This document shows, piece after piece, positions 39,944 through 50,504 of a stretch of 64,000 bases of DNA. This DNA is from Clostridia bacterium (lineage in GTDB: Bacteria; Bacillota; Clostridia; TANB77; CAG-508): the NCBI GenBank assembly GCA_045643205.1, contig JAZUKI010000003.1, positions 32,001 to 96,000 on the forward strand, written 5' to 3'. Every line of letters begins with the position of its first letter. The stretch's first letter is position 1. A program made the position numbers and the translations under genes. Below the pieces are notes generated by a model. That model worked only from the letters and a program-made list of their open reading frames with translations. It was not told the origin of the DNA and searched no databases.

Positions 39944-41824
39944 TTATTTGTTCTTAATAGTTTCTAAATAAATTAGTAATACTGTAACGTCTGCTGGTGA
40001 AACGCCTGATATTCTTGATGCTTGGCCTACTGATGTAGGTTTTACTTTGTTAAGTTTTTGTCTTGCTTCTAATCTTAAACCTTCTATAGTAGAATAATCT
40101 GTATCTGGAGATAATTTCTTATCCTCCATCTTTTTGAATCTTTCTACTTGCCCTTCTTCTAATTTTATATAGCCATCATATTTTACTTGAATTTCTACTT
40201 CTTTTTGTTCTTGTAAAGTTAATCCATCTGGTCTATCTTTATCTATTTCTTTTAATAAATTATAATTCATTTCTGTTCTTTTTAAAAGGTCTGAAAGTCT
40301 TATTCCTGTAAGGATTTCACTAGAATTGTTTTTTCTTAAAAACTCATTTACTTCTTCATTTGGTTTAATTATAACATTTTCAATTCTATTTATTTCATCT
40401 TCTATGTGTTTCTTTTTCTCAAGGAACTTATTATATCTTTCATCTGATATTAATCCAACATTATGTCCGATTTCAGTTAATCTTAAATCCGCATTATCTT
40501 GTCTTAATAATAATCTATATTCTGCTCTTGAAGTCATCATTCTATATGGCTCATTAGTTCCTTTTGTTACTATATCATCAATTAAAACACCTATGTAAGC
40601 TTGTGATCTATTAAGGATTACAGGTTCTTTACCTTTAATTTTTTGTGCAGCATTTATTCCTGCAATTAAACCTTGACCTGCTGCTTCTTCATATCCAGAT
40701 GTTCCATTAATTTGTCCTGCAAAGAACATTCCTTCAATTGTTTTATGTTCCAATGATAACTTTAATTCTTGAGGATCAATACAATCATATTCAATTGCAT
40801 ATGCTGGACGTGTAAATTCACAATGTTCAAGTCCTGCAATTGTATGATACATCTCTATTTGAACTTCTTCTGGTAATGATGAACTCATTCCTTGAATATA
40901 CATTTCATCTGTTCCTCTACCTATTGGTTCAACAAATAATTGATGTCTTTGTTTGTCAGCAAACCTTACTACTTTATCTTCTATAGATGGACAATATCTA
41001 GGACCTACACCATGTATTCTACCTGAATATAATGGAGATCTATCTAAGTTCTTTCTAATTATTTCATGTGTTCTTTCATTAGTATATGTTAAATAGCAAT
41101 CCATTTGATTATCATCATGATCAAAATCATTTTCTAATGAAAATGGTTCTATTATATCATCACCTTTTTCAACTTCCATCTTAGAAAAATCAATACTTCT
41201 TCTATTTATTCTAGCTGGTGTTCCTGTTTTAAATCTATTTATTGTAATGCCAAGTTTTTTCAATACATCAGATAACTTATTTGCTGCAGAAACTCCATCT
41301 GGACCAGATTCATAAGAAACTTCTCCTATATGAATTGCTCCTTTCAAATATGTTCCTGTAGCTAATACTACTGCATCTACATCATATATTGCACCAACAT
41401 TTGTTTCTACTGACTTAATTTTATTATTTTCTACTGTTATATCAACTATTTCACCTTGTTTTAAGAATAGATTTGGTGTCTCCTCTAATCTCTTTTTCAT
41501 TTCTTCTTGATATTTTTTTCTATCTGCTTGTGCTCTTAATGAATGTACTGCAGGTCCTTTAGAAGTATTTAGCATTTTTAATTGTACGTAGGTTTTATCA
41601 ATGTTTTTACCCATTTCTCCACCTAAACAATCAATTTCTCTTACTATATGGCCTTTACTACTTCCACCAATATGTGGATTACATGGCATATTTGCTATAC
41701 ATTCTAAGCTAATAGAAAACACTAGTGTTTTCATTCCTAATCTTGCTGCTGCTAATCCTGCTTCACATCCTGCATGACCTGCTCCTATTACTGCTACATC
41801 ATACTTTCCAGCGTAATAACTCAT
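39944..41824 (-). CDS. mnmG: tRNA U34 modification enzyme MnmG/GidA
   Basis: [41 protein letters not shown]. Confidence 0.98.
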   Translation of the reverse strand: MSYYAGKYDVAVIGAGHAGCEAGLAAARLGMKTLVFSISLECIANMPCNPHIGGSSKGHIVREIDCLGGEMGKNIDKTYVQLKMLNTSKGPAVHSLRAQADRKKYQEEMKKRLEETPNLFLKQGEIVDITVENNKIKSVETNVGAIYDVDAVVLATGTYLKGAIHIGEVSYESGPDGVSAANKLSDVLKKLGITINRFKTGTPARINRRSIDFSKMEVEKGDDIIEPFSLENDFDHDDNQMDCYLTYTNERTHEIIRKNLDRSPLYSGRIHGVGPRYCPSIEDKVVRFADKQRHQLFVEPIGRGTDEMYIQGMSSSLPEEVQIEMYHTIAGLEHCEFTRPAYAIEYDCIDPQELKLSLEHKTIEGMFFAGQINGTSGYEEAAGQGLIAGINAAQKIKGKEPVILNRSQAYIGVLIDDIVTKGTNEPYRMMTSRAEYRLLLRQDNADLRLTEIGHNVGLISDERYNKFLEKKKHIEDEINRIENVIIKPNEEVNEFLRKNNSSEILTGIRLSDLLKRTEMNYNLLKEIDKDRPDGLTLQEQKEVEIQVKYDGYIKLEEGQVERFKKMEDKKLSPDTDYSTIEGLRLEARQKLNKVKPTSVGQASRISGVSPADVTVLLIYLETIKNK

Positions 41825-42028
41825 TTTTCTTCCTCTTTCTTTTATATTTTTTTCTTTATATTCTTTTATTTTTATTATTTTGCCTATTTGTTAATTTATA
41901 TTTACTATGTTCTTGATTTTTATGAAACAAAAACAAATATACATTTTAAAAACTCCTGTTTCCGTAACCCCTTTTATCTATTGCTTTACACATTATTTTG
42001 TTGTTTTGTTTTGTCATTTTAATTAGAA

Positions 42029-43396
42029 CTATTTTCCTAGACAAAAATTCTTAAATATCTCATTAATAATGTCTTCTGAAATATTTCTACCTGTTATTTC
42101 TCCTAAATCTTCTAATGCTTGTTTAATATATATAGCTGAAATATCTACTGGTGTATCAATCTCTAGAGAATCAATAGCTTGAGATACATTATTTATTGCT
42201 TTTTGTATTTGGTTTTTATGTCTTTCATTTGTAATTATGATTTCATTATTTTCTGATATTTCATTTAATTTGAACATTTCTTCTATTTTTGAATATAGTT
42301 CTTCTATTCCTTCTCCTGTTAATGCTGATACTTTTATTATTGGTTTACCTGTTTCTTTTAACTTTGCTTCTAATTCATTGTTTTCTTCATCTATATCATT
42401 TTTATTTATTATTATAATTGTGTTTTTATCTTCTATTATTTTGATAATTTCTTCATCTTCATCATCAAATTTTCTTGATTTATCAAACAATGAAATTAGT
42501 AATTCTGCTTCATTTGCTAGTTTTTTTGCCTTTTTGACACCTATTTTTTCAATCTCATTTTCTGTGTTTCTTATTCCTGCTGTATCTACTAAATTTAAAA
42601 TTATTCCATTTACATTTAATTGTTCTTCTATTGTATCTCTTGTTGTGCCTTCTATATTGCTTACTATTGCTCTATCTTCTTTTAATAGTGCATTTAATAG
42701 TGATGACTTTCCTGCATTAGGTTTTCCTAATATTACTGTTCTTATTCCGTTTTTTAATAGCTTTCCTTGATTAAAACTATTTTTTAATTTATCCAAATCT
42801 TCTCTTATTTCTTTTAGTTCTTTTACTGCATCTCTATTAGCAACTTCTTCTATATCATATTCCGGATAATCTACGGTTACTTCAATTGCAGTGATTGTAC
42901 TAAATAATTTTTGTTCAATATTATCTATCTTTTTTGATAAACTTCCTTCTAGTTGTTTTGCAGATTCTTTAGATTCTTTTTCTGTTTTAGAATTAATTAA
43001 ATCCATTACTGCTTCTGCTTGAGATAAATCGATTCTCCCATTTAAAAACGCTCTTTTAGTGAATTCTCCTGGTGTTGCAAGCTCAGCTCCATTCTTTAAA
43101 CATAATTCTAATATTTTTCTTTCAACTACCATTCCACCATGTGTGTTTATTTCGCACATATTTTCCTTTGTAAAGCTTTTTGGTGCGACAAAGTATGAAA
43201 CTAAGACCTCATCTATAAAAACGTCTTTATCGACAATTTTGCCGTATTTAATGGTATATCCTTTTATTTCTTCTGAACTGTTCTTTGGAATAAATATTTT
43301 ATTTAGTATTTCAAAACATTCTTTTCCTGACATTCTAACAATTCCTATTCCCCCATTTCCTTGAGCTGTAGAAATTGCACAAATTGTATTACTCAT
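42029..43396 (-). CDS. mnmE: tRNA modification GTPase MnmE (start revised to ATG 43396)
   Basis: TICAIST, GEFTKRAFLNG, GKPNAGKSS, GTTRD, DTAG, FCLGK; GGAGG RBS. Confidence 0.98.
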   Translation of the reverse strand: MSNTICAISTAQGNGGIGIVRMSGKECFEILNKIFIPKNSSEEIKGYTIKYGKIVDKDVFIDEVLVSYFVAPKSFTKENMCEINTHGGMVVERKILELCLKNGAELATPGEFTKRAFLNGRIDLSQAEAVMDLINSKTEKESKESAKQLEGSLSKKIDNIEQKLFSTITAIEVTVDYPEYDIEEVANRDAVKELKEIREDLDKLKNSFNQGKLLKNGIRTVILGKPNAGKSSLLNALLKEDRAIVSNIEGTTRDTIEEQLNVNGIILNLVDTAGIRNTENEIEKIGVKKAKKLANEAELLISLFDKSRKFDDEDEEIIKIIEDKNTIIIINKNDIDEENNELEAKLKETGKPIIKVSALTGEGIEELYSKIEEMFKLNEISENNEIIITNERHKNQIQKAINNVSQAIDSLEIDTPVDISAIYIKQALEDLGEITGRNISEDIINEIFKNFCLGK

Positions 43397-43532
43397 AGAT
43401 TCCTCCATAAATTAAAAAAGAGATCAAATTTCAAATTTATGAAACATACAATAATCCTAATAATTAGGCTATTCTTTAATAATTGTTTCATAAATACGAC
43501 CTTTGACCTCGATATTTATAAATTATTTAATT

Positions 43533-44231
43533 TTATTTCTTTTCAATAACAAGTTTTCTATGTGGTTCTTCGCCAATACTATATGTTGTAACTATTTTAC
43601 TGTTTTGTAATGCTGTATGTAAAATTTTTCTTTCATATGCTGGCATTGGTTCTAATGTAATTTTCTTACCTGTTCTTTTTACTGTTTTTTCAAGTTTTTC
43701 AGCTAATTCTTTTAATGTTTTTTCTCTTTTATTTCTATATCCTTGAATATCTACTGAAACTCTTACTCTTAAATCTGTATCTTTGTTTCCTATTGTTGAA
43801 ACTAAATTTTGAATTGAGTTTATTACTTCTCCTCTATATCCAATTAATTTAGTGTTTTCATCATCATTAATTATTACTTTTAAATCTTTTTCAACTTGTT
43901 CAATTTCAAAAGTTATATCAGCATATGCTTTGCAGAAACTTTCTAAGAATTTGCTAATATTTTCTTTACATTTATCAACATCTTCTTGTGTAGGTTCTTT
44001 TCTTTCTTTCTTGACAGGTTCTTGATTTTCAGGTTTTTTAGCAACTGCATCTTCTCTGACAGTTAATTCTACTTTAACTACTCTTGGTGCTAATATACTA
44101 AAAAATGTTTTTTTATCTTCTTCTTCAAGAATTTTAATATCTACGCAATCCTTTGTTAGTCCTAATTCTTTAAGTCCTTTTTCAATTGCTTCTGTAGAAG
44201 TTTTTCCTTCAACAACTATTGATTTACCCAT
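43533..44231 (-). CDS. jag: Jag/EloR (KhpB) RNA-binding protein
   Basis: Jag_N, KH (LIGYRG) and R3H (ERKILH) domains. Confidence 0.93.
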   Translation of the reverse strand: MGKSIVVEGKTSTEAIEKGLKELGLTKDCVDIKILEEEDKKTFFSILAPRVVKVELTVREDAVAKKPENQEPVKKERKEPTQEDVDKCKENISKFLESFCKAYADITFEIEQVEKDLKVIINDDENTKLIGYRGEVINSIQNLVSTIGNKDTDLRVRVSVDIQGYRNKREKTLKELAEKLEKTVKRTGKKITLEPMPAYERKILHTALQNSKIVTTYSIGEEPHRKLVIEKK

Positions 44232-44240
44232 TCTATCCTC

Positions 44241-45356
44241 CTAATTATTGTCTTCTTTATCAATAATTTTATTTACTACTATTCTTTCAATTAAGTTTAA
44301 TAAATTACTTGTTAACCAATATAATGAAAGTCCTAAAGGTGCTATCATTGAAATCATTATAGACATTATTGGCATTAAAAAGTTCATTCCTTTTGACATT
44401 CCTAATGTACCTTCTTCAAAGTCATCAGTTTCTTGATCAGCTTTTTTAATTTTTTCGAACTCTTTAATTTTCTTGTTTTTCTCTTCTCCGTCTTCTAATT
44501 CATCTATTTCAGCTTGAATTTTTTCATATCTTCTAGCTAATTCTGCACTTCTTCTTTCTTTCTTTTCTTTGCTTGTTTTTTGTTGTAATACTGTTGTGTA
44601 TTTCATATTAACTAAAGTAACTATTAAATATAAAATAGGTAAAATTAATACTTTAAAATCTTGCCAATTACTCATTGGAACTGCTGTTAAATCAAGGCCT
44701 AAGAAGCTCATATTTATATTTACTTCTTCATCTGTTGATCCAAATTTTTCAATGATTTTTATTTCTTCATAATTTGATTGTTGTTTAGTTTCTTCTGATT
44801 TGTTTTCATTGTTTTCTGTTTTATTTTCTGTATTTTCTTCTTTGTTCTCTTCTTTATTTTCTACGTTTTGATCTTTATTCTCTTCTTTATTTTCTTTTTC
44901 TGAATCTTTATTTTCAGATTCTTCTTTGTTTTCAGTTTTTTCTGTACTATCTACTTGTACTGTTTGTATTTTATTTTTGTAGTCTTCTATTTTATTACTA
45001 TCAATTTTTTTCATAAATGTTAATGGCTTTGAAACTAAATAGAATACTGCTATAAATATAACTAATTGTAATATTGTACTTAAGCAACCAGAAAAAGGAC
45101 TAATTCCTTCTCTTTTATATAAAGCCATAGTCTCTTGTTGAAGTTTTTCTTGATCGTTTCTGTACTTGAATTGTAGATTTTTCATCTCTTCTTGTACTTT
45201 TTGAGTCTTTTTCATACTCTTTTGTTGTTTGTATGATAATGGTAACATTATTAACTTCAATAATAATGAAAATAATAAAATTGCTACACCATAATTTTGT
45301 ACTAAATTATATAACCAATTTAATACATATCCAAATAAACTTGCTAACCAATCCAT
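44241..45356 (-). CDS. yidC: Membrane protein insertase YidC
   Basis: NYGVAI...PL, GCL, FLGLDL, GLSLYW; synteny. Confidence 0.93.
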   Translation of the reverse strand: MDWLASLFGYVLNWLYNLVQNYGVAILLFSLLLKLIMLPLSYKQQKSMKKTQKVQEEMKNLQFKYRNDQEKLQQETMALYKREGISPFSGCLSTILQLVIFIAVFYLVSKPLTFMKKIDSNKIEDYKNKIQTVQVDSTEKTENKEESENKDSEKENKEENKDQNVENKEENKEENTENKTENNENKSEETKQQSNYEEIKIIEKFGSTDEEVNINMSFLGLDLTAVPMSNWQDFKVLILPILYLIVTLVNMKYTTVLQQKTSKEKKERRSAELARRYEKIQAEIDELEDGEEKNKKIKEFEKIKKADQETDDFEEGTLGMSKGMNFLMPIMSIMISMIAPLGLSLYWLTSNLLNLIERIVVNKIIDKEDNN

Positions 45357-45374
45357 GCGAACTCCTTAAAATAT

Positions 45375-45584
45375 TTATTTTACTGGATCATATCCACCTT
45401 TTGAAAATGGATTACATCTCAATATTCTCCAAGTTCCTTTTATTATTCCTCTAAATGCTCCATACTTCTCTATCGCCTGTTTTGTATATTCTGAACAAGT
45501 TGGATAGTATTTACAATGAGGTTTTGTTCTTGAAGAAATATGTTTTTGATAAAAATTAATTAATTTTATAAAAAATTTTTTCAT
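45375..45584 (-). CDS. yidD: Membrane protein insertion efficiency factor YidD
   Basis: CKYYPTCSEY, RILRCNPFSKGGYDPV. Confidence 0.96.
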   Translation of the reverse strand: MKKFFIKLINFYQKHISSRTKPHCKYYPTCSEYTKQAIEKYGAFRGIIKGTWRILRCNPFSKGGYDPVK

Positions 45585-45593
45585 AATTAATTC

Positions 45594-45938
45594 CTAATCT
45601 TCATTTAAAATTTGAACCTTTTTAAATGTTTTATATAGTTCTTCCTTAATAATTTCATATGATACATCTTCTATATTTGATTTTTTATTCCAAGTAAAAA
45701 CTATATCTAATGATTCATTTTTTAATTCAAAACTTTGATATGCACTTCTAATCAATCTTTTAATATGATTGCGTTTAACTGCATGTCCTAGCTTTGTACT
45801 TACGGCTATACCTATTCTATTGTAACCAAGATTATTTTTTAATGTATATATAATAACCTGATTATTTACAAAGTATCTCCCCTTATCAAAAACATTTTTG
45901 AATTCATAATTCATTTTTAATGTTTTTATCTTTTTCAT
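45594..45938 (-). CDS. rnpA: Ribonuclease P protein component
   Basis: RIGIAVSTKLGHAVKRNHIKR. Confidence 0.95.
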   Translation of the reverse strand: MKKIKTLKMNYEFKNVFDKGRYFVNNQVIIYTLKNNLGYNRIGIAVSTKLGHAVKRNHIKRLIRSAYQSFELKNESLDIVFTWNKKSNIEDVSYEIIKEELYKTFKKVQILNED

Positions 45939-45974
45939 TGTTTTACCTTTACATAATCACATAATTAAAATCTT

Positions 45975-46003
45975 AAAAAAGGTCACATAGTTGATGTGAC
46001 CTT
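45975..46003 (-). terminator. Terminator after rpmH
   Basis: AAGGTCACAT-caact-ATGTGACCTTTTTT on the minus strand. Confidence 0.7.
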
Positions 46004-46018
46004 ATTAATATATGTGAC

Positions 46019-46153
46019 TTAAGCACTAATCTTTTTTCTTCCTTTAGCACGTCTTGCACTTAAAACTTTTCTTCCTGTTGTAGAAGCCATTCTAGCTCTA
46101 AAACCATGAACTTTTTGAGTTTGTCTCTTTTTTGGTTGAAATGTTTGCTTCAT
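46019..46153 (-). CDS. rpmH: 50S ribosomal protein L34 (below ORF-track cutoff)
   Basis: Manual translation [44 protein letters not shown]; GGAGG RBS. Confidence 0.98.
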   Translation of the reverse strand: MKQTFQPKKRQTQKVHGFRARMASTTGRKVLSARRAKGRKKISA

Positions 46154-46451
46154 GTTTTTTACCTCCATCTTAATAATTATATTAAAGTTAGTTTTAAATT
46201 TTGCCGTTAAAAATTATGTAAAATTATAAACCAACTTGTATTTAAAAATAGCGATTTATATTATATAATACATACGGCTACAATGTCAAGAAAAATGGCT
46301 ATAAAAAAGACTTTTTTATTTTTTTAACTATTGACTATATGGTACATTTTTTGATAATATAGGCATGTATATTTTACTAAAGAAAAAATGTTATTTAATG
46401 CAATTTATATGCCTCTAAATAACGTTTTTATTTTTATGAAAGGAGTTTATT

Positions 46452-47783
46452 GTGGATAATATAAATGATCTTTTAATTAAAGCAAAAGAATTATTAAGAA
46501 ATGAAACAACAGAAATAACTTATGCTACATGGATTCAACCACTTGAAATTAAAAGCTTTAATGATAATACAATTATATTAATTGCATCTAATTCTTTTCA
46601 AATAGATACAATAGAAACTAGATATATAGATTTAATAACTAATACATTTAATTATATTACTAATAAAAAATGTAAAGTTCTTATAAAATTAGAAAGTGAA
46701 GCAATAGAGGATACAGTACCTGAAAATAATAATGTTTTTGTTAATAATAAAACTATATTAAACTCAGGTTTAAATCCTAAATATACATTTGATACATTCG
46801 TAGTAGGAAATAATAATAAATTTGCTCAAGCAGCAGCTATGGGGGTAGCTGAAAATCCAGGATCAAAATATAATCCATTTTTTATATTTGGAGGAGTAGG
46901 TCTTGGTAAGACTCACTTAATGCAAGCCATCGGAAATGAGGTTTTGAGAAACAATCCTAACGCATCAGTTTTATATATTTCATCTGAAAACTTCACAAAT
47001 CAATTGATTAATGCATTAAAAGATCAGTCTATGGATAAATTTAGAGATAAATACAGAAATATAGATGTTCTATTAATAGATGATATTCAATTTATAGCAG
47101 GAAAGAAGAGTACTCAAGAAGAATTCTTTAATACATTTAATGCTTTATATGATGCTCAAAAACAAATTATACTTTCTTGTGATAGACCACCTAGAGAAAT
47201 TGATTTATTAGATGATAGACTTCGTTCAAGATTTGAGTGGGGAATAACAGCCGATATTCAAAGTCCTGATTATGAAACAAGATTAGCAATATTAAGAAAG
47301 AAAATTCAATTAGAATCAATTGTTATTGATGATGAAATACTTTCATTAATTGCTACTAAAGTAGATTCAAATATTAGGGAACTTGAAGGTATCATAAATA
47401 AATTAATTGCAAAAGCATCACTTACAGAAACTCAAATTACAATAGAGATGGCACAAAGGGCAATAGATGATATAAAAGGGGAGACTAAAGTTATTTCATC
47501 TGATTATATACAAGATATTATAGCTAAATATTTTAATATTAGTGTTAATGATTTAAAAGGTCAAAAGAGATCTAACGATGTTACTTTTCCTAGACAAATT
47601 GCTATGTATTTATGTAGAAATGTTGCTCAAATGTCAATGCCTCAAATAGGTAGGGATTTCGGTAATAGAGACCATTCAACAGTAATGCATGCATGTACAA
47701 AAATAGAAAAAGAAATTAAAACAAATAGTAATACAAAATTGATTGTGGAAAGTGTTAAAAATTTATTATTATCTAATAAATAA
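46452..47783 (+). CDS. dnaA: Replication initiator DnaA
   Basis: YTFDTFVVG, GGVGLGKTHL, LIDDIQF, RLRSRF, RDHSTV. Confidence 0.99.
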   Translation: MDNINDLLIKAKELLRNETTEITYATWIQPLEIKSFNDNTIILIASNSFQIDTIETRYIDLITNTFNYITNKKCKVLIKLESEAIEDTVPENNNVFVNNKTILNSGLNPKYTFDTFVVGNNNKFAQAAAMGVAENPGSKYNPFFIFGGVGLGKTHLMQAIGNEVLRNNPNASVLYISSENFTNQLINALKDQSMDKFRDKYRNIDVLLIDDIQFIAGKKSTQEEFFNTFNALYDAQKQIILSCDRPPREIDLLDDRLRSRFEWGITADIQSPDYETRLAILRKKIQLESIVIDDEILSLIATKVDSNIRELEGIINKLIAKASLTETQITIEMAQRAIDDIKGETKVISSDYIQDIIAKYFNISVNDLKGQKRSNDVTFPRQIAMYLCRNVAQMSMPQIGRDFGNRDHSTVMHACTKIEKEIKTNSNTKLIVESVKNLLLSNK

Positions 47784-48109
47784 TTGATAAATGAATAAAA
47801 ATTTAGGTTACATTAAAATATATGTTCGGTAAAAAAATGTTTCATTATAAAACCTCAAATAAGCCTTACGGAAACAATTGATTAGTTATCCACATACAGT
47901 TGTGGATACGATGTGTAAAATATGTTAATAACCATCAAAAAAATATTACAAATTAATAGTGTGAAAAACTAAAAATTTTATACACAAACTTATCAACATT
48001 AATTTAGGTTGAAATATAAATGAATAAATGAGTTATCCACATAATTAACATTACCTACTAATACTATTACTATAAAAATAAAATTATTTAACAGAAAAGG
48101 AGAAATTCA
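47784..48109. other. oriC (dnaA-dnaN intergenic region)
   Basis: DnaA boxes TTATCCACA 47886 and 48033, TTATACACA 47978, TTATCAACA 47990, TGTGGATAC 47901; DnaA-trio-like CTACTAATACTATTACTA ~48055-48072 followed by an AT-rich tract; gene-strand switch nearby. Confidence 0.92.
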
Positions 48110-49237
48110 ATGAAATTTGTTGTCGAAAAGGATAAATTACTTAAAGCCGTTAATTCCGTAGCTAAAGCTGTAGCTGTTAGAACAACTACACCTATATTAG
48201 AAGGAATATTAATTCAAACAAATGATAACAACGATATTAAATTAACATGTTATGATCAAGAATTAGGTATTGAATACATTATTAAAGATTGTGATGTAAA
48301 AGAACAAGGTGCAATAGTTGTTAATGCAACAATGTTTGGAGAAATAATAAGAAAATTACCTGATGCTGATATAGATATAGAAGTAAATAATAAAAACTTA
48401 TTAGTAATAGAATGTGAAAATTCATTATATAAATTAGCAACAATGAATGCAGATGAATATCCTGAATTACCAGAATTCACAGTTGAGAACACAGTAACAA
48501 TAGAACAAAATACATTAAAAGATATAATTACAAAAACAATTTTTGCTATATCTATAGAAGAAAATAGACCTATTTTTACAGGATGTTTATTTGAAATAAA
48601 AAATAATATATTAAATGTAGTAGCTGTTGATGGATTTAGATTAGCTTGGAAACAAAAAAATCTAACAGATAGTGTAAAAGATTTTTCAGCAGTTATTCCA
48701 GGAAGAACTTTATCAGAAGTAAATAAAATAATAGCTGATAATTTAGATACAGTTAAAATAGGTGTTTCTAAAAACCAAGCATTATTTGAAATAGAAAATT
48801 GTAAGATAGTTACTAGATTATTAGAAGGAGAATTCTTAAATTATTCAAAAGTTATACCAGAACAATGGGAAACAAGAGTTAGAGTTAATAGAGCTTTAGT
48901 TATGAATTGTTTTGATAGAATTAGTTTAATTTCTTCATCAAGTATAGAAAAAGAAAAGAAGTATCCAGTTAAAATAAATGTAGATACTAAAGGAATAAAA
49001 ATTTCATGTACTAATCAAACAGGTGATGCTAAAGAAGAATTAATAGTTACTACAGAAGGTAAAGAATTAGAAGCAGGATTTAATCCTAAATATTTCTTAG
49101 ATGTTTTAAGAAATATAGATGACGAAGAAGTATATATTGATTTTGGAACAGCAATTTCACCATGTATAGTAAGAAGTGTTGAAGATGATGGTGATTATAA
49201 ATATATGATTCTTCCAATTAGATTAAAAAATGATTAA
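48110..49237 (+). CDS. dnaN: DNA polymerase III beta clamp
   Basis: PILEGILI, RPIFTG, AVDGFRL, RLLEGEF, FNPKY, ILPIR. Confidence 0.98.
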   Translation: MKFVVEKDKLLKAVNSVAKAVAVRTTTPILEGILIQTNDNNDIKLTCYDQELGIEYIIKDCDVKEQGAIVVNATMFGEIIRKLPDADIDIEVNNKNLLVIECENSLYKLATMNADEYPELPEFTVENTVTIEQNTLKDIITKTIFAISIEENRPIFTGCLFEIKNNILNVVAVDGFRLAWKQKNLTDSVKDFSAVIPGRTLSEVNKIIADNLDTVKIGVSKNQALFEIENCKIVTRLLEGEFLNYSKVIPEQWETRVRVNRALVMNCFDRISLISSSSIEKEKKYPVKINVDTKGIKISCTNQTGDAKEELIVTTEGKELEAGFNPKYFLDVLRNIDDEEVYIDFGTAISPCIVRSVEDDGDYKYMILPIRLKND

Positions 49238-49242
49238 TTAAG

Positions 49243-49286
49243 AATAAGTTATTCACAATCTTTTTACTAATTGTGGATAACTTATT
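49243..49286 (+). terminator. Hairpin after dnaN whose arms contain DnaA boxes
   Basis: aataagTTATTCACAat...atTGTGGATAActtatt followed by a T-rich tract. Confidence 0.7.
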
Positions 49287-49305
49287 TTATTTTTAAAGGA
49301 TAACA

Positions 49306-50352
49306 ATGTTTATAAAAAATATTAATGTAGAAAATTTTCGTAATTATGAAAATGAATTAATTGAATTTAATAAAAATATAAATGTTATTTATGGAAATAA
49401 TGCTCAAGGAAAAACAAATATACTTGAAGCAATATTTTTTAGTGCCTTTGGAAAATCTTTTAGAACATCAAAAGAAAAACAAGTTATAATGAAAGAAAAA
49501 GAATATTTTAAAATTCATACTGAATTTCAAAAGAAAGATAGAGATGGAAGTGTGGATTTGTTCCTAGGAGAAGATAAATCAATTTCTGTAAATGGTGTTA
49601 AGTTAAATAAATTAAGTGAATTATTAGGAAATATAAATATTGTAATTTTTTCACCAGAAGATATTAATTTATTAAAAGATGAATCAGCAGTTAGAAGAAA
49701 ATTTTTAGATATGATGATTAGTCAATTAAGAAAAAATTATATTTATAATTTAAATAATTATAAAAGAAATTTGGAGCAAAAAAATAATTACTTAAAATCT
49801 AGAAATGTTTCTGATGCAATGTTAGATGTATATGATGAAAAATTAGCTGAATATTCAGAAAATGTTTATCAATATAGAAATGAATTTATAGAAAAGATAA
49901 AAGAAAAAATAAAAGAGATTCATAATAAAATTACTGATGAAGAAATTTCAATAATATATAAAACAGATTGTAGTTCAAAAGAAAGTTGTTTAGAAAAATT
50001 AAAAAAGAATAGGGAGAAAGATAAGTATAGAGGTTTCTCATCTGTTGGTTGCCATAGAGATGACTTTAAAATTTTAATAAATGGAGATGAAGTTGATATT
50101 TATGGTTCTCAAGGACAAAATAGAACTGCAATATTATCATTAAAAATGGCAGAATTAGAAGTTATAAATGATGAAATAGGGGAATATCCTATTTTATTAC
50201 TTGATGACTTTATGTCAGAACTTGATCAAGATAGAATAACTAACTTTTTAAAGAACATAAATAACATACAGGTAATAATAACATGTACAGAAAAAATTGA
50301 TTTAGAAAATAGTGTTAATTTTTATGTAAACAATGGTAAAATTTTGTTGTAA
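49306..50352 (+). CDS. recF: DNA repair protein RecF
   Basis: NFRNY, GNNAQGKTN, HRDD, GSQGQ, LLLDDFMSELD. Confidence 0.97.
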   Translation: MFIKNINVENFRNYENELIEFNKNINVIYGNNAQGKTNILEAIFFSAFGKSFRTSKEKQVIMKEKEYFKIHTEFQKKDRDGSVDLFLGEDKSISVNGVKLNKLSELLGNINIVIFSPEDINLLKDESAVRRKFLDMMISQLRKNYIYNLNNYKRNLEQKNNYLKSRNVSDAMLDVYDEKLAEYSENVYQYRNEFIEKIKEKIKEIHNKITDEEISIIYKTDCSSKESCLEKLKKNREKDKYRGFSSVGCHRDDFKILINGDEVDIYGSQGQNRTAILSLKMAELEVINDEIGEYPILLLDDFMSELDQDRITNFLKNINNIQVIITCTEKIDLENSVNFYVNNGKILL

Positions 50353-50380
50353 TATCAAGGTTTTAAGAGTATAAAAATGC

Positions 50381-50409
50381 TTGACAAAAAGGTTTTTTAA
50401 ACATATAAT
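50381..50409 (+). promoter_or_regulatory. Consensus SigA promoter of gyrB
   Basis: TTGACA-17-TATAAT. Confidence 0.85.
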
Positions 50410-50504
50410 ATGAAAGGTTAGAAAAGCTTGATTTTATTATAGTTTTAAGCATTTTTAAGGTGTAAAAAATTAAGTATAATTTTAACATAAAAACGGAGGA
50501 TTTA

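Noticed and set aside
46452-47783. AGG codon reassignment
   Set aside because: AGG occupies conserved Arg positions (DnaA NIRELEG, MurA DRGY) and tRNA-Arg(CCT) is present.
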